IMG/VR virus record: IMGVR_UViG_3300032245_000902
Coordinates: 26,916 to 90,915 of that record
Source: a virus
Taxonomy: Duplodnaviria; Caudoviricetes
Direction: 5' to 3' (one strand)
Length of the DNA stretch: 64,000 nucleotides
Shown here in pieces: positions 45,652 to 54,880 of the stretch. The notes beneath the pieces are model-generated. The model was not told the origin of the DNA. It did not search any database and saw only the letters and a list, made by a program, of their open reading frames with translations. Made by a program: the position numbers and the translations under genes. Each line of letters starts with the position of its first letter. Within the stretch, counting starts at the first letter, position 1.

Positions 45652-45865
45652 AGAACTACGCTCTTTAAACGAGAAGGAAGACCATGGTTTGCCTATGGAT
45701 CCTCCTGCCGTTTTGATTATGAAACGAAAGTCTATTAGACAGTTTCCAAACAATCAAAGAGTGGCTCTTTACTATGTGGATAAGATTAATAAATATGTAA
45801 CAGTTCCATATACATCTATGCAATGGTCCTCAACAGGTAGCATGGACGAAGAAACCGAAAATTAA
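45638..45865 (+). CDS. Hypothetical head-region protein
   Basis: Likely GTG start (MKTLKELR); 'DPPAVLIMKRKSIRQFPNNQRVALYY'. Confidence 0.6.
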   Translation: MKTLKELRSLNEKEDHGLPMDPPAVLIMKRKSIRQFPNNQRVALYYVDKINKYVTVPYTSMQWSSTGSMDEETEN

Positions 45866-45878
45866 TTAGGATAAAAAA

Positions 45879-46415
45879 ATGGCAACATCAAATAGCACAC
45901 AAATTTTAGTCGATACAACAAAACGCACCGTAATTAAACGGGTTGGTATTTTTGATGCCGCTGGCGGAAACGAAGCGTTAACAGTTGTTATTGATCCACG
46001 AGCTTTGTCTGGTGCTTTAAATGCTAATAATTTACCTTATCAAACAGGTAACACAACTGCACCTGGTTTTGCTAATTCAGCATTTACGATTTCTCGTGTT
46101 ATCTATAATGTTGATGCAGAAGTTGGTCACTTACAGTTAAAATGGCAAGGCACAACTACTGATGCCACAATTTATGCATTAGGTGTTGGTTCAGGTGATA
46201 CAAATCCACAATATCAATTGCCTGCAATTACAAATAATGCCGTTGGTCCTACAGGCAATGTAACAATTACAACCGTTGGTACTACTGCTAATGCTGCTTA
46301 CACATTAATTATTGAATTACATAAAGACAATCGTTTCTATAGTTCTGGCCAGTTTACTGATCCAGCTGCATTTAACTATCCTCCATATGGTGTAACACCA
46401 ACATCGAGAACTTAA
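45879..46415 (+). CDS. Hypothetical beta-rich head-region protein
   Basis: 178 aa ORF with AGGA SD in the head assembly cluster. Confidence 0.6.
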   Translation: MATSNSTQILVDTTKRTVIKRVGIFDAAGGNEALTVVIDPRALSGALNANNLPYQTGNTTAPGFANSAFTISRVIYNVDAEVGHLQLKWQGTTTDATIYALGVGSGDTNPQYQLPAITNNAVGPTGNVTITTVGTTANAAYTLIIELHKDNRFYSSGQFTDPAAFNYPPYGVTPTSRT

Positions 46416-46840
46416 TGCAAAATTTTGTTTCCAAACTATTACAAAATAAAATAGTTGAAGCAAAAGAAGTTTTGAATCAACGCATACAAGATTTGGTTAA
46501 TGAGAAAGTTAACCAAGTTAAATTGCGTTTGGCGGCTGAAATGTATGATGATTTTGAAGTTGAAGAAGAACTGTCTGAAGCCAATGTGCAAAGGATGGGA
46601 AGAACTAAACTTATTCGTGTAAGATTCCGTGCTGGAAAAATTCAACGGAGAGTTAAGAAGTCGGCTGTACCAGGTTTTACAATTCGTGGAGGCAAACTTA
46701 TAAGAATGTCACCACAAGAACGCAGGCACCGTAAAATGGCAGCACGGCGTTCCAAGTTTAAAAGGCGTTCTAAGTTAAGACAAGCATTACGAAAAAGAAC
46801 GATGACATTAAGAAAACGAAAAGCAATGGGGCTACAATGA
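46415..46840 (+). CDS. Prohead core protein (gp68-like), very basic C-terminus
   Basis: Located before gp21; acidic middle followed by an Arg/Lys-rich tail. Confidence 0.55.
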   Translation: MQNFVSKLLQNKIVEAKEVLNQRIQDLVNEKVNQVKLRLAAEMYDDFEVEEELSEANVQRMGRTKLIRVRFRAGKIQRRVKKSAVPGFTIRGGKLIRMSPQERRHRKMAARRSKFKRRSKLRQALRKRTMTLRKRKAMGLQ

Positions 46841-47481
46841 AGTTAATAACAGAAGTCACCGAATCATTACAATATCTTGCTGAAGAAAAAGACGGCAAGA
46901 AAACTTTGTTTATCGAAGGTCCATTTCTCCAAGCAGAAGTGATAAACCGTAATGGCCGAAAATATCTCAAAGAGACCATGGCCAAAGAAGTACACAGATA
47001 TACAGAACAATATATTAATAAAAACCGTGCCTTTGGTGAGCTGGGTCATCCAGACACCCCATCTATCAATCTAGACAGAGTATCTCACATGGTCGTGGGT
47101 CTCCGTCAAGAAGGTAATGATTGGATAGGCAAAGCAAAAATTCTTGACACACCTATGGGTAACATAGTTAAGAGTCTTATCGAAGGTGGTGCACAAATTG
47201 GTGTGTCCTCCCGTGGTATGGGTTCTCTTAAATCTGTTAATGGTGTTAACATAGTTCAAGATGATTTTCATCTAGCCACAGCGGCGGATATTGTAGCAGA
47301 CCCTTCTGCTCCAAATGCTTTCGTTCAAGGTATCATGGAAGGCAAAGAATGGGTGATGGTAAACGGTGTATGGACTGAACAACAATATACTCAGGCCAAG
47401 AAGATGATTCAAGAAGCTTCTAAGGCGGATATAGAAAAAGTAAGTCTACGCATTTGGGAATCACTCGTCAAAAAACTTTAA
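46837..47481 (+). CDS. gp21: Prohead protease gp21
   Basis: 'GELGHP', 'GVSSRGMGSL', 'ADIVADPSAPNAFV'. Confidence 0.96.
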   Translation: MKLITEVTESLQYLAEEKDGKKTLFIEGPFLQAEVINRNGRKYLKETMAKEVHRYTEQYINKNRAFGELGHPDTPSINLDRVSHMVVGLRQEGNDWIGKAKILDTPMGNIVKSLIEGGAQIGVSSRGMGSLKSVNGVNIVQDDFHLATAADIVADPSAPNAFVQGIMEGKEWVMVNGVWTEQQYTQAKKMIQEASKADIEKVSLRIWESLVKKL

Positions 47482-47482
47482 A

Positions 47483-47490
47483 TATAAATA
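47483..47490 (+). promoter_or_regulatory. T4 late promoter, perfect TATAAATA
   Basis: Exact consensus upstream of gp22. Confidence 0.7.
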
Positions 47491-47518
47491 TCCAATATAA
47501 ATCAAGGAGATTTTCAAA

Positions 47519-48709
47519 ATGGGAAAATTTAATCTGTCCGAAGCCGCTAAAGACATTCTTTCGGGTAATGTTTCTGGTAAACAAAGTGGCCAAGATAAAC
47601 CAGCAAAACTATCTGGTGATGTAGCTTATGGCACCGGTGAAGTAGATGTTGGTGGTCCAGTAACTAAAGGTACTGATTCACTGCCTGACTACACAAAAGG
47701 TACACCATCAGCTACACCTCCTGGCGCACAACCACCTGTTGGTTCTGAGCCAGCGAAGAAGCTCAAAGGTCAACCACAAGAATCTGATGGTGTTGCAATT
47801 GAACAACCAGAAGGTAAGTCTGGCAAAAACCAAATGCCTTTAAACAAAGGTTCTGTTGGTGTTCAACAATACGAAGAAACCGAATCTGACGAAGAAGTTG
47901 TGGCTGAAGAAAAAGAAGAAGGTCACGAAGATGAGGCACAAGATAAGGCAATGATGAAAAAAATGAAAATGAAAGAAAAAATGAAAGAAGATATGGACGC
48001 CATGTTTACAGGCGAAAATCTTTCTGAAGAATTTGTTTCTAAAGCAACTACCATTTTTGAAGCTGCCGTTCTTGCTCGTGCTGAAGAAGTTATTGCTGAA
48101 GCCGAAACAGAATTGATGGAACAATTTGAAGCTGCCATTGAAGAAGTTAAAGAAGATTTGGCTGCTAAGGTTGATGACTATCTCAACTACATGGTTGAAG
48201 AATGGGTCAAAGACAATGAAATCGCAATCGAAAAAGGTCTCCGTGCCGAAATCGTTGAAGATTTTATTACAGGACTAAAAGGTTTGTTTGAAGAGCATTA
48301 CATTGACATTCCTGCCGACAAGGTAGATGTTGTTGAAGAACTCACTTCTAAAGTTGAAGAACTTGAAGAAGCTTACAACGAACAAATCAAATCTGCCATT
48401 GAGATGAAAAAAGAACTCAATGAGCACAAGAAGTTTGAGGCTATTTACGCAGCTTGTGAAGGCCTTACGCAGACTCAAGTAGAAAAGCTGAAATCACTTG
48501 CAGAAGGTGTGGAGTTCACTACTGATGAAGAATTTGGTACTAAAATGTCAACATTGAAAGAATCATATTTCAAGTCTGATGTTAAAGTTGCTGATTCATC
48601 TGCTTTAGACGAAGTATTGGTAGAAGAAGAAAAGAAAGAGAAAACTATCTCTGATGATCCATCTATCAATATGTATGCAAAAACCATTTCACAAACCATG
48701 GTTAAGTAA
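47519..48709 (+). CDS. gp22: Prohead scaffold gp22
   Basis: 'LSEEFVSKATTIFEAAV', 'KVDDYLNYMVEEW..NEIAIE.GL', acidic coiled coil. Confidence 0.93.
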   Translation: MGKFNLSEAAKDILSGNVSGKQSGQDKPAKLSGDVAYGTGEVDVGGPVTKGTDSLPDYTKGTPSATPPGAQPPVGSEPAKKLKGQPQESDGVAIEQPEGKSGKNQMPLNKGSVGVQQYEETESDEEVVAEEKEEGHEDEAQDKAMMKKMKMKEKMKEDMDAMFTGENLSEEFVSKATTIFEAAVLARAEEVIAEAETELMEQFEAAIEEVKEDLAAKVDDYLNYMVEEWVKDNEIAIEKGLRAEIVEDFITGLKGLFEEHYIDIPADKVDVVEELTSKVEELEEAYNEQIKSAIEMKKELNEHKKFEAIYAACEGLTQTQVEKLKSLAEGVEFTTDEEFGTKMSTLKESYFKSDVKVADSSALDEVLVEEEKKEKTISDDPSINMYAKTISQTMVK

Positions 48710-48742
48710 TTAACCAAATAATACATATAAAAAGGAAATAAA

Positions 48743-50071
48743 ATGTATTTGACAGAAGAACTACAAAAGAAATGGCAGCCTGTTCTTGAGCATCCAGAAC
48801 TCGAAGCCATCAAAGACCCATACAAGAAAGCTGTAACAGCTCTTGTTTTGGAAAACCAACAACAAGCAATGCGTCAAGACCGTCTTGCTTTGAACGAAGC
48901 TGATCCAGGTCCTACAAACGTAACTGGTGGTGTTCAAAACTTTGACCCAATCTTGATTTCTTTGGTTCGCCGTGCATTACCAAATCTTATCGCTTATGAC
49001 GTTGCTGGCGTTCAGCCAATGACTGGTCCTACCGGTTTGATTTTTGCAATGCGTGCTAAGTATGTTAACCAAGGTGGCGATGAGGCGTTCTTCAACGAAG
49101 CGAACACAATGTTCTCTGGTGTTGGTTCTGCTAACAACCCATACGGTTTCCGTGGTACAACTGCAACTGACACAGGTACAAATCCTATTGTTTCTGCAAC
49201 TTTGGCCGCTAACAGCTATACAACTGGTATTGGAATGCCAACAGCTACTGCTGAATACCTTGGTTCTGACGGTAACACAGCATTTGCACAGATGGCCTTC
49301 TCTATTGAGAAAGTTACTGTAACTGCTCAAAGCCGTGCATTAAAGGCCGAGTATTCACTAGAACTCGCACAAGACTTGAAAGCAATTCATGGTCTTGACG
49401 CTGAAACAGAATTGTCAAACATTCTGTCTACAGAAGTTCTCGCTGAAATCAACCGTGAAGTTATCCGTACCATCTATACTGTTGCCGTTCCAGGTGCTCA
49501 GTATGGTACAACAACAGCAGGTTTCTTTGACTTAGATACAGACTCAAACGGTCGTTGGTCAGTTGAGCGTTTCAAAGGTCTAATTTTCCAAATCGAGCGT
49601 GATGCTAACGTAATTGCTAAGCAAACTCGCCGTGGAAAAGGTAATGTGTTAATTGTTTCTTCTGACGTTGCTTCTGCTATGGCAATGGCTGGTGTATTGC
49701 AATATACTCCTGCTCTCCAAGCTGACTTGCAAGTAGATGACACAGGCAACACATTTGCTGGTTTGTTACACGGTCGTATCAAGGTTTACATTGACCCATA
49801 CTTCGGTGGATACACATCTAACCAAGAACTCGTAACTATCGGTTACAAAGGTTCTTCACCATACGATGCTGGTTTGTTCTATTGCCCATACGTTCCATTG
49901 CAAATGGTTCGTGCTGTAGACCAGTATACATTCCAACCAAAGATTGGTTTCAAGACTCGTTACGGAATGGTATCAAACCCATTCGCAGAAGGTCTAGGCG
50001 CTGGTTTGGGTGGTTTGAATGCTCGTACCAACAAATACTATCGTATTTTCGGTGTCAAGAACTTGATGTAA
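48743..50071 (+). CDS. gp23: Major capsid protein gp23
   Basis: 'GVQPMTGPTGLIFAMR', 'SRALKAEYSLELAQDLKAIHGLDAETEL', 'FQPKIGFKTRYG'. Confidence 0.98.
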   Translation: MYLTEELQKKWQPVLEHPELEAIKDPYKKAVTALVLENQQQAMRQDRLALNEADPGPTNVTGGVQNFDPILISLVRRALPNLIAYDVAGVQPMTGPTGLIFAMRAKYVNQGGDEAFFNEANTMFSGVGSANNPYGFRGTTATDTGTNPIVSATLAANSYTTGIGMPTATAEYLGSDGNTAFAQMAFSIEKVTVTAQSRALKAEYSLELAQDLKAIHGLDAETELSNILSTEVLAEINREVIRTIYTVAVPGAQYGTTTAGFFDLDTDSNGRWSVERFKGLIFQIERDANVIAKQTRRGKGNVLIVSSDVASAMAMAGVLQYTPALQADLQVDDTGNTFAGLLHGRIKVYIDPYFGGYTSNQELVTIGYKGSSPYDAGLFYCPYVPLQMVRAVDQYTFQPKIGFKTRYGMVSNPFAEGLGAGLGGLNARTNKYYRIFGVKNLM

Positions 50072-50101
50072 TAAAAAAAGTCATCGCAAGAATGACATTT
50101 C

Positions 50102-50131
50102 AAGAGACCTCTTCGGAGGTCTCTTTTTTTT
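50102..50131 (+). terminator. Rho-independent terminator after gp23
   Basis: aagagacctc-ttcg-gaggtctctt followed by a T tract. Confidence 0.92.
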
Positions 50132-50134
50132 GGA

Positions 50135-50142
50135 CCTAAATA
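50135..50142 (+). promoter_or_regulatory. T4-type late promoter (CCTAAATA)
   Basis: TAAATA core between the terminator and gp3. Confidence 0.5.
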
Positions 50143-50168
50143 CCTGTATATCTTATTAGAGAAATACT

Positions 50169-50699
50169 ATGTCCGTATTAACTAGAACTCCTCAAAACAC
50201 CAATCTACTTCAACCTACAAAGTACCTTTTAACCTTTGATAGGATAGGTTCTGCCACTTATTTCTGCCAGTCTGTAAACATACCAGGGGTGAGTGTAGGA
50301 CAGGCCCCAATCAACTTTCCAAGTCTGACTGTATACTCGCCTGGTAACCAAATGACCTTCAACAATTTGAATGTTAGTTTTTTGGTGGATGAAGCGGTAC
50401 TTTCATGGCAAAATCTATATGATTGGTTTCGTTCTTTTGCATCACCAGATGGTACTGAAGAACGCAATCTCAAAACGGCATTACAAAATGAGTATACTAA
50501 GCAAGACAAGAAACAATACTCAGATGCCACTCTAACGGTACTGAACAACTTAAACAATCCTGTAATTCGTGTTCAGTTCACCAATGTATTTCCGGTCTCT
50601 TTATCGGATATCAACTTTGATACAAGAATGTCAGCGGATGATGTTATTACTGCCGATGCCACATTTGTATATGATGAGTTTAAATTTATACCAGTTTAA
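50169..50699 (+). CDS. gp3: Tail tube terminator gp3
   Basis: 'YFCQSVNIPG', 'F.VDE', 'SDATLTVL', 'FPVSLSDINFD'. Confidence 0.85.
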   Translation: MSVLTRTPQNTNLLQPTKYLLTFDRIGSATYFCQSVNIPGVSVGQAPINFPSLTVYSPGNQMTFNNLNVSFLVDEAVLSWQNLYDWFRSFASPDGTEERNLKTALQNEYTKQDKKQYSDATLTVLNNLNNPVIRVQFTNVFPVSLSDINFDTRMSADDVITADATFVYDEFKFIPV

Positions 50700-50712
50700 T
50701 TAACACAAAGTA

Positions 50713-50741
50713 TTGCCAACATAACATATATGTGATATTAT
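50713..50741 (+). promoter_or_regulatory. Sigma70-type promoter upstream of uvsY
   Basis: TTGCCA-17 bp-TATTAT with a TGn extension. Confidence 0.6.
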
Positions 50742-50771
50742 ACAGGTTTAGGATAACTTTTTTATTATATT

Positions 50772-51206
50772 ATGGAAAATCTAGAACAAGTATTAAAGTA
50801 TTGGGAAAAAGATGCAGAAATGGACCAGACAGAACCTGGTAAAGAACTTCTGCGTATACCTACTCTACACAATAAGTATCTCTCCATTTTAACAAAACAC
50901 AAAATTGCTGCCAAGAAGGCACACTTTGATTATCTACGCCTGCGTAAAATTAAGATTGATTACTATAATGGCAGATTAGACCAAGAAGAATTAGAATCTC
51001 GTGGTTGGAAACCATTTCAGTTTGTATTAAAGTCCGACATTAATGCCTACTTAGAAGGCGATGATGATTTAATTAAGATGTTGGAAAAGAAAGTATACCA
51101 TGAAGAATGTGTTTCGGTTTTAGAATCGGTGATGAATGAATTAAAACAAAGAACTTGGCAACTGAGAGATTTCATTTCATGGGAGAAGTTCATTGGCGGA
51201 CAATGA
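50772..51206 (+). CDS. uvsY: Recombination mediator UvsY
   Basis: 'WEKDAEMD..IPTLHNKYL', 'YY.G', 'YLEGDDDL', 'R.WQLR..I.W.KF..G'. Confidence 0.9.
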   Translation: MENLEQVLKYWEKDAEMDQTEPGKELLRIPTLHNKYLSILTKHKIAAKKAHFDYLRLRKIKIDYYNGRLDQEELESRGWKPFQFVLKSDINAYLEGDDDLIKMLEKKVYHEECVSVLESVMNELKQRTWQLRDFISWEKFIGGQ

Positions 51207-52686
51207 TATTATAATATCCAAAAAAGATGAAGTATTTGCCAAGATAACTTGTGAGAAACACATATCAAAAGAGTTATCCGAATTCTTTACCTTTTTTGTT
51301 CCTGGTTATCAATTTGTTCCTGCATACCGCAATCGAGTTTGGGATGGAAAAATTCGATTATATAATTTACAAACAAGCCAAGTATACCTTGGTTTATTAC
51401 CATATATTGAAGAATTTTGTAAAGAAAGAAACTACAAATTTGATTATGGTGATCCAAGGCCAGATATTGAAGATGAGTGTTCAGTCTATCATGCCAAAAA
51501 GTTTATTGATTCTTTAAACATTCATTCCCGTGGCGAACCAATTGAAATACGAGAACATCAATTGGATGCCTATATTCATGCCATGCAAAAACGCCGAGCG
51601 TTATTGGTTTCACCAACGGCATCTGGCAAATCTCTTATCATCTATCTAATCTTTCGGCAGTTATTGGAGTTTCAAAATTTAAAAGGACTTGTAATTGTTC
51701 CTACCACATCATTAGTTGAACAATTGTATTCAGACTTTGGTGATTATAATGATGGTGAAATGACCAATATTCACCGCATCTATCAAGGCAAAGAAAAAGA
51801 TACTGATAAACCACTTACCATTTCTACATGGCAATCTCTGTATAAACTTCCAAAAGAATACTTTCACCAATTTGATTACATTATTGGTGATGAGGCACAT
51901 CTGTTTAAGGCTCAGTCTTTAACCACAATACTTACATCCTGTATAAATGCTAAATACAGAATAGGCCTTACAGGTACCTTAGATGGTACTAAAACACACA
52001 AATTGGTATTGGAAGGTTTATTTGGTGCAGTCAAAAAGGTAATCACCACAAAAGAACTAATAGATAAACAGCAAGTTTCAGATTTTGAAATTAAGTGTTT
52101 AGTTTTAAAACATGATGATGAAGCTTGCCTACAGATAAAAGATAAAACTTATCAAGAAGAAATACAGTATCTAATTGCAAACGAAAATAGAAATAAATTC
52201 ATTAAGAATCTTGCAGTTAGCTTAGGTAATAATACATTAATATTATATCAAATGGTTGACAAACATGGTCAAATCCTGTATGATATGATTAGAGATACCA
52301 AGAACATTGGTGATAGAAAAGTATTCTTTATCCACGGTGGTGTAGATGCCAATGATAGAGAAGAAGTTAGACGAATTATGGAGATAGAACAAGATGCTAT
52401 TGTTGTGGCTAGTTTTGGGACTTTTTCTACTGGAATTAATATTAGGAACTTGCATAACATTATATTTGCAAGCCCATCTAAATCGAGGGTTCGCAATCTG
52501 CAAAGCATTGGACGAGGCTTACGACAGAGTGAAGGAAAAACAAAAGCTGTCCTCTACGACATAGCAGATGATTTAAGATATAAAAAACATATGAATTTCA
52601 CATTAAAGCATTTTGTTGAACGAGTTAAGATTTACACAGAAGAACAGTTTCCATTCAAAATATATAAAATAGGACTTAAAAAATGA
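51193..52686 (+). CDS. uvsW: DNA helicase UvsW
   Basis: 'WDGKIRL', 'SPTASGKS', 'DEAH', 'GLTGT', 'LQSIGRGLR'; TTG start with GGGAG SD. Confidence 0.95.
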   Translation: MADNDIIISKKDEVFAKITCEKHISKELSEFFTFFVPGYQFVPAYRNRVWDGKIRLYNLQTSQVYLGLLPYIEEFCKERNYKFDYGDPRPDIEDECSVYHAKKFIDSLNIHSRGEPIEIREHQLDAYIHAMQKRRALLVSPTASGKSLIIYLIFRQLLEFQNLKGLVIVPTTSLVEQLYSDFGDYNDGEMTNIHRIYQGKEKDTDKPLTISTWQSLYKLPKEYFHQFDYIIGDEAHLFKAQSLTTILTSCINAKYRIGLTGTLDGTKTHKLVLEGLFGAVKKVITTKELIDKQQVSDFEIKCLVLKHDDEACLQIKDKTYQEEIQYLIANENRNKFIKNLAVSLGNNTLILYQMVDKHGQILYDMIRDTKNIGDRKVFFIHGGVDANDREEVRRIMEIEQDAIVVASFGTFSTGINIRNLHNIIFASPSKSRVRNLQSIGRGLRQSEGKTKAVLYDIADDLRYKKHMNFTLKHFVERVKIYTEEQFPFKIYKIGLKK

Positions 52687-53051
52687 TAAAGATAGTTCGA
52701 TTAAAGAATGGTGAAGATATTATTGGAGATTTAATGAAACTACCAATTGATGATATCCAAATTACAGAACCAATGTCTGTGGCTATTACAAGTCGAGGAC
52801 ATGAGAATGGTTTAGTCATGTCACATTGGTTGCCAGTTCAGTTGATTAAGAAAAATGAAATCACAATTAAATCTTGTGATGTGCTTACAATATTTGAACC
52901 TAATGATGAGTTTGCAGAGTATTATGTAAATACTGTGGAAAAGATTAAATCTCTTATGAAGGCAAAAGAATTAACAGATGAAATGACCGATGAAGAAATT
53001 GATGATATTATGGATGCATTGGATGATTCAGAAGGACAGGTATTACATTGA
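52683..53051 (+). CDS. Hypothetical protein (Sm-like fold) between uvsW and gp55
   Basis: 'IKIVRLKNGEDII', 'W.P', acidic tail; position typical of environmental T4-like phages. Confidence 0.65.
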   Translation: MIKIVRLKNGEDIIGDLMKLPIDDIQITEPMSVAITSRGHENGLVMSHWLPVQLIKKNEITIKSCDVLTIFEPNDEFAEYYVNTVEKIKSLMKAKELTDEMTDEEIDDIMDALDDSEGQVLH

Positions 53052-53082
53052 TTAATATTAACATCAAAGGGGGACACCGAGA

Positions 53083-53111
53083 ACTATACACTTTGTCAAG
53101 CCCTTTGTCAA
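53083..53111 (-). promoter_or_regulatory. Antisense sigma70-type promoter
   Basis: Minus strand TTGACA-17 bp-TATAGT, with a second TTGACA inside the spacer. Confidence 0.6.
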
Positions 53112-53132
53112 CAACTTTTAATGGTATATTTT

Positions 53133-53675
53133 ATGGCTAAGCAAAAACACTACATCAATAACGAAGATTTCCTCAAGGCTCTAGTAGATTATAAAGAGTC
53201 TTGTAAACTGGCAAAGAAAGAAAAGAAATCTCCTCCGGCCATTCCAAACTATATTGGTGAGTGCTTTATGAAAATTGCCGAAGGTTTATCTCATAAGCCA
53301 AACTTCATCAACTATACCTACCGAGATGAAATGATGTCAGATGGCATTGAAAACTGTTTACAATACTTTGATAACTTTGATCCAGCCAAGTCTAAGAATC
53401 CATTTGCCTATTTTACACAAATCATCTATTTTGCCTTTCTACGAAGAATCTCCAAAGAAAAGAAACAAACCTATGTTAAGTATAAAGCCACAGAACAAAT
53501 GGGTATATTGGATGAATTTGAGTTAATGGAGTTTGAAGATGGTACCTCCAAACAGTTTGAATTGTATGATAACATTGCCGAATTTATTGAAACATATGAA
53601 GATGCAAAAAAGGTAAAGAAGGATATTGCAACGGCAAAGAAAACAAAAGGGCTTGAAAAGTTTTTAGGAGAATGA
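53133..53675 (+). CDS. gp55: Late-transcription sigma factor gp55
   Basis: 'HYINN', 'IAEGLSHKPNFINYTYRDEMMSDGIENC', 'NPFAYFTQIIYFAFLRRI.KEKKQ'. Confidence 0.96.
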   Translation: MAKQKHYINNEDFLKALVDYKESCKLAKKEKKSPPAIPNYIGECFMKIAEGLSHKPNFINYTYRDEMMSDGIENCLQYFDNFDPAKSKNPFAYFTQIIYFAFLRRISKEKKQTYVKYKATEQMGILDEFELMEFEDGTSKQFELYDNIAEFIETYEDAKKVKKDIATAKKTKGLEKFLGE

Positions 53676-53681
53676 TATAAT
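53653..53681 (+). promoter_or_regulatory. Sigma70-type promoter for gp47/gp46, overlapping the gp55 3' end
   Basis: TTGAAA-17 bp-TATAAT with a TGn extension. Confidence 0.65.
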
Positions 53682-53844
53682 GTATAAAGTTTCGTATTAT
53701 TTGGCAAGTTCAGCTGTAAGATTTAAATCTTTTGACACATTGCATGAGGCAACTATATTTGCCAACCAACAACCACTTGATTCGGTAATTGAGATTAAAC
53801 AATATGAAGATAGCAGTAATAACGGACCAACATTTCGGCGCTAG
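53680..53844 (+). CDS. Small hypothetical protein (54 aa; not in the ORF track)
   Basis: AGGAG SD at the gp55 end; MYKVSYYLASSAVRFKSFDTLHEATIFANQQPLDSVIEIKQY..., overlapping the gp47 start. Confidence 0.55.
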   Translation: MYKVSYYLASSAVRFKSFDTLHEATIFANQQPLDSVIEIKQYEDSSNNGPTFRR

Positions 53845-54880
53845 AAACGATTCGCCTCATTTCTTAGATTACTATGAGAAGTTCTATAAAGATACATTCT
53901 TTCCTACTCTTGACAGTAATAGTATTAATACTGTCCTCATACTTGGGGACACTTTTGACCGCCGTAAATATGTAAATTTTTACTCCTTGAAAAGAACCAA
54001 GGAGATGTTCTTTGATGAGTTAGCCAAACGGAACATTCAAGTTCATATGTTGGCAGGTAATCATGATACTTACTTCAAAAATACCAATGATGTTAATTCG
54101 GTAGACCTATTACTTAAAGAATATACCAATGTTAATGTGATTGATAAACCAACCACAATATGGTTGGATAATGAAAAGTATCCTATTTGTATGATGCCTT
54201 GGATTTGTCCTGATAATCATGACGATTCAATGTTTGTATTGTCTGACACCGATGCCAATATTTGCATGGGGCATTTTGAAATTGCCGGCTTTGCCATGCA
54301 TCGTGGTATGCCATCGCAAGAAGGATTAAACCGTGGAATATTTAAAAAGTTTGATATTGTTTTTTCAGGTCACTATCACCATCGTTCAAATCAAGATAAT
54401 ATCTGTTATCTTGGCAATCCTTACGAACTCACCTGGCAGGATTATAATGATCCGAGGGGCTTTCATTTGTTTGATATTGTTACTCTTGATTTGGAATTTA
54501 TTAAGAACCCCAATATAATGTTTCATCGTATTACATATGATGATAAAGAAACTGGCATTTCTGAGATGTTATCCAAAGATTTAGACAAGTATACCGGAAC
54601 ATATGTAAAGGTAGTGGTAGTCAACAAAACTAATCCACATCTGTTTGACCGGTTCATGGACAAATTATACAAGATTAATCCGGTCGATATTACCATTGCG
54701 GAAGACTTTACTGACTTGACAGAAGGCGTAGATGATGATATGATTAATGAAGCTGAAGATACCATCACAATTATTAATAAGTTTGTGGATGGTATTAAAG
54801 AAGAACATATTGATAATGACAAACTCAAAACAGTATTAAAAGAACTGTATGTTGAGGCATTGAACCAAGAACAGGCATGA
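53804..54880 (+). CDS. gp47: Recombination endonuclease gp47 (Mre11/SbcD-like)
   Basis: 'ITDQHFG', 'GDTFD', 'GNHD', 'GHFE', 'SGHYH' metallophosphoesterase motifs. Confidence 0.95.
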   Translation: MKIAVITDQHFGARNDSPHFLDYYEKFYKDTFFPTLDSNSINTVLILGDTFDRRKYVNFYSLKRTKEMFFDELAKRNIQVHMLAGNHDTYFKNTNDVNSVDLLLKEYTNVNVIDKPTTIWLDNEKYPICMMPWICPDNHDDSMFVLSDTDANICMGHFEIAGFAMHRGMPSQEGLNRGIFKKFDIVFSGHYHHRSNQDNICYLGNPYELTWQDYNDPRGFHLFDIVTLDLEFIKNPNIMFHRITYDDKETGISEMLSKDLDKYTGTYVKVVVVNKTNPHLFDRFMDKLYKINPVDITIAEDFTDLTEGVDDDMINEAEDTITIINKFVDGIKEEHIDNDKLKTVLKELYVEALNQEQA

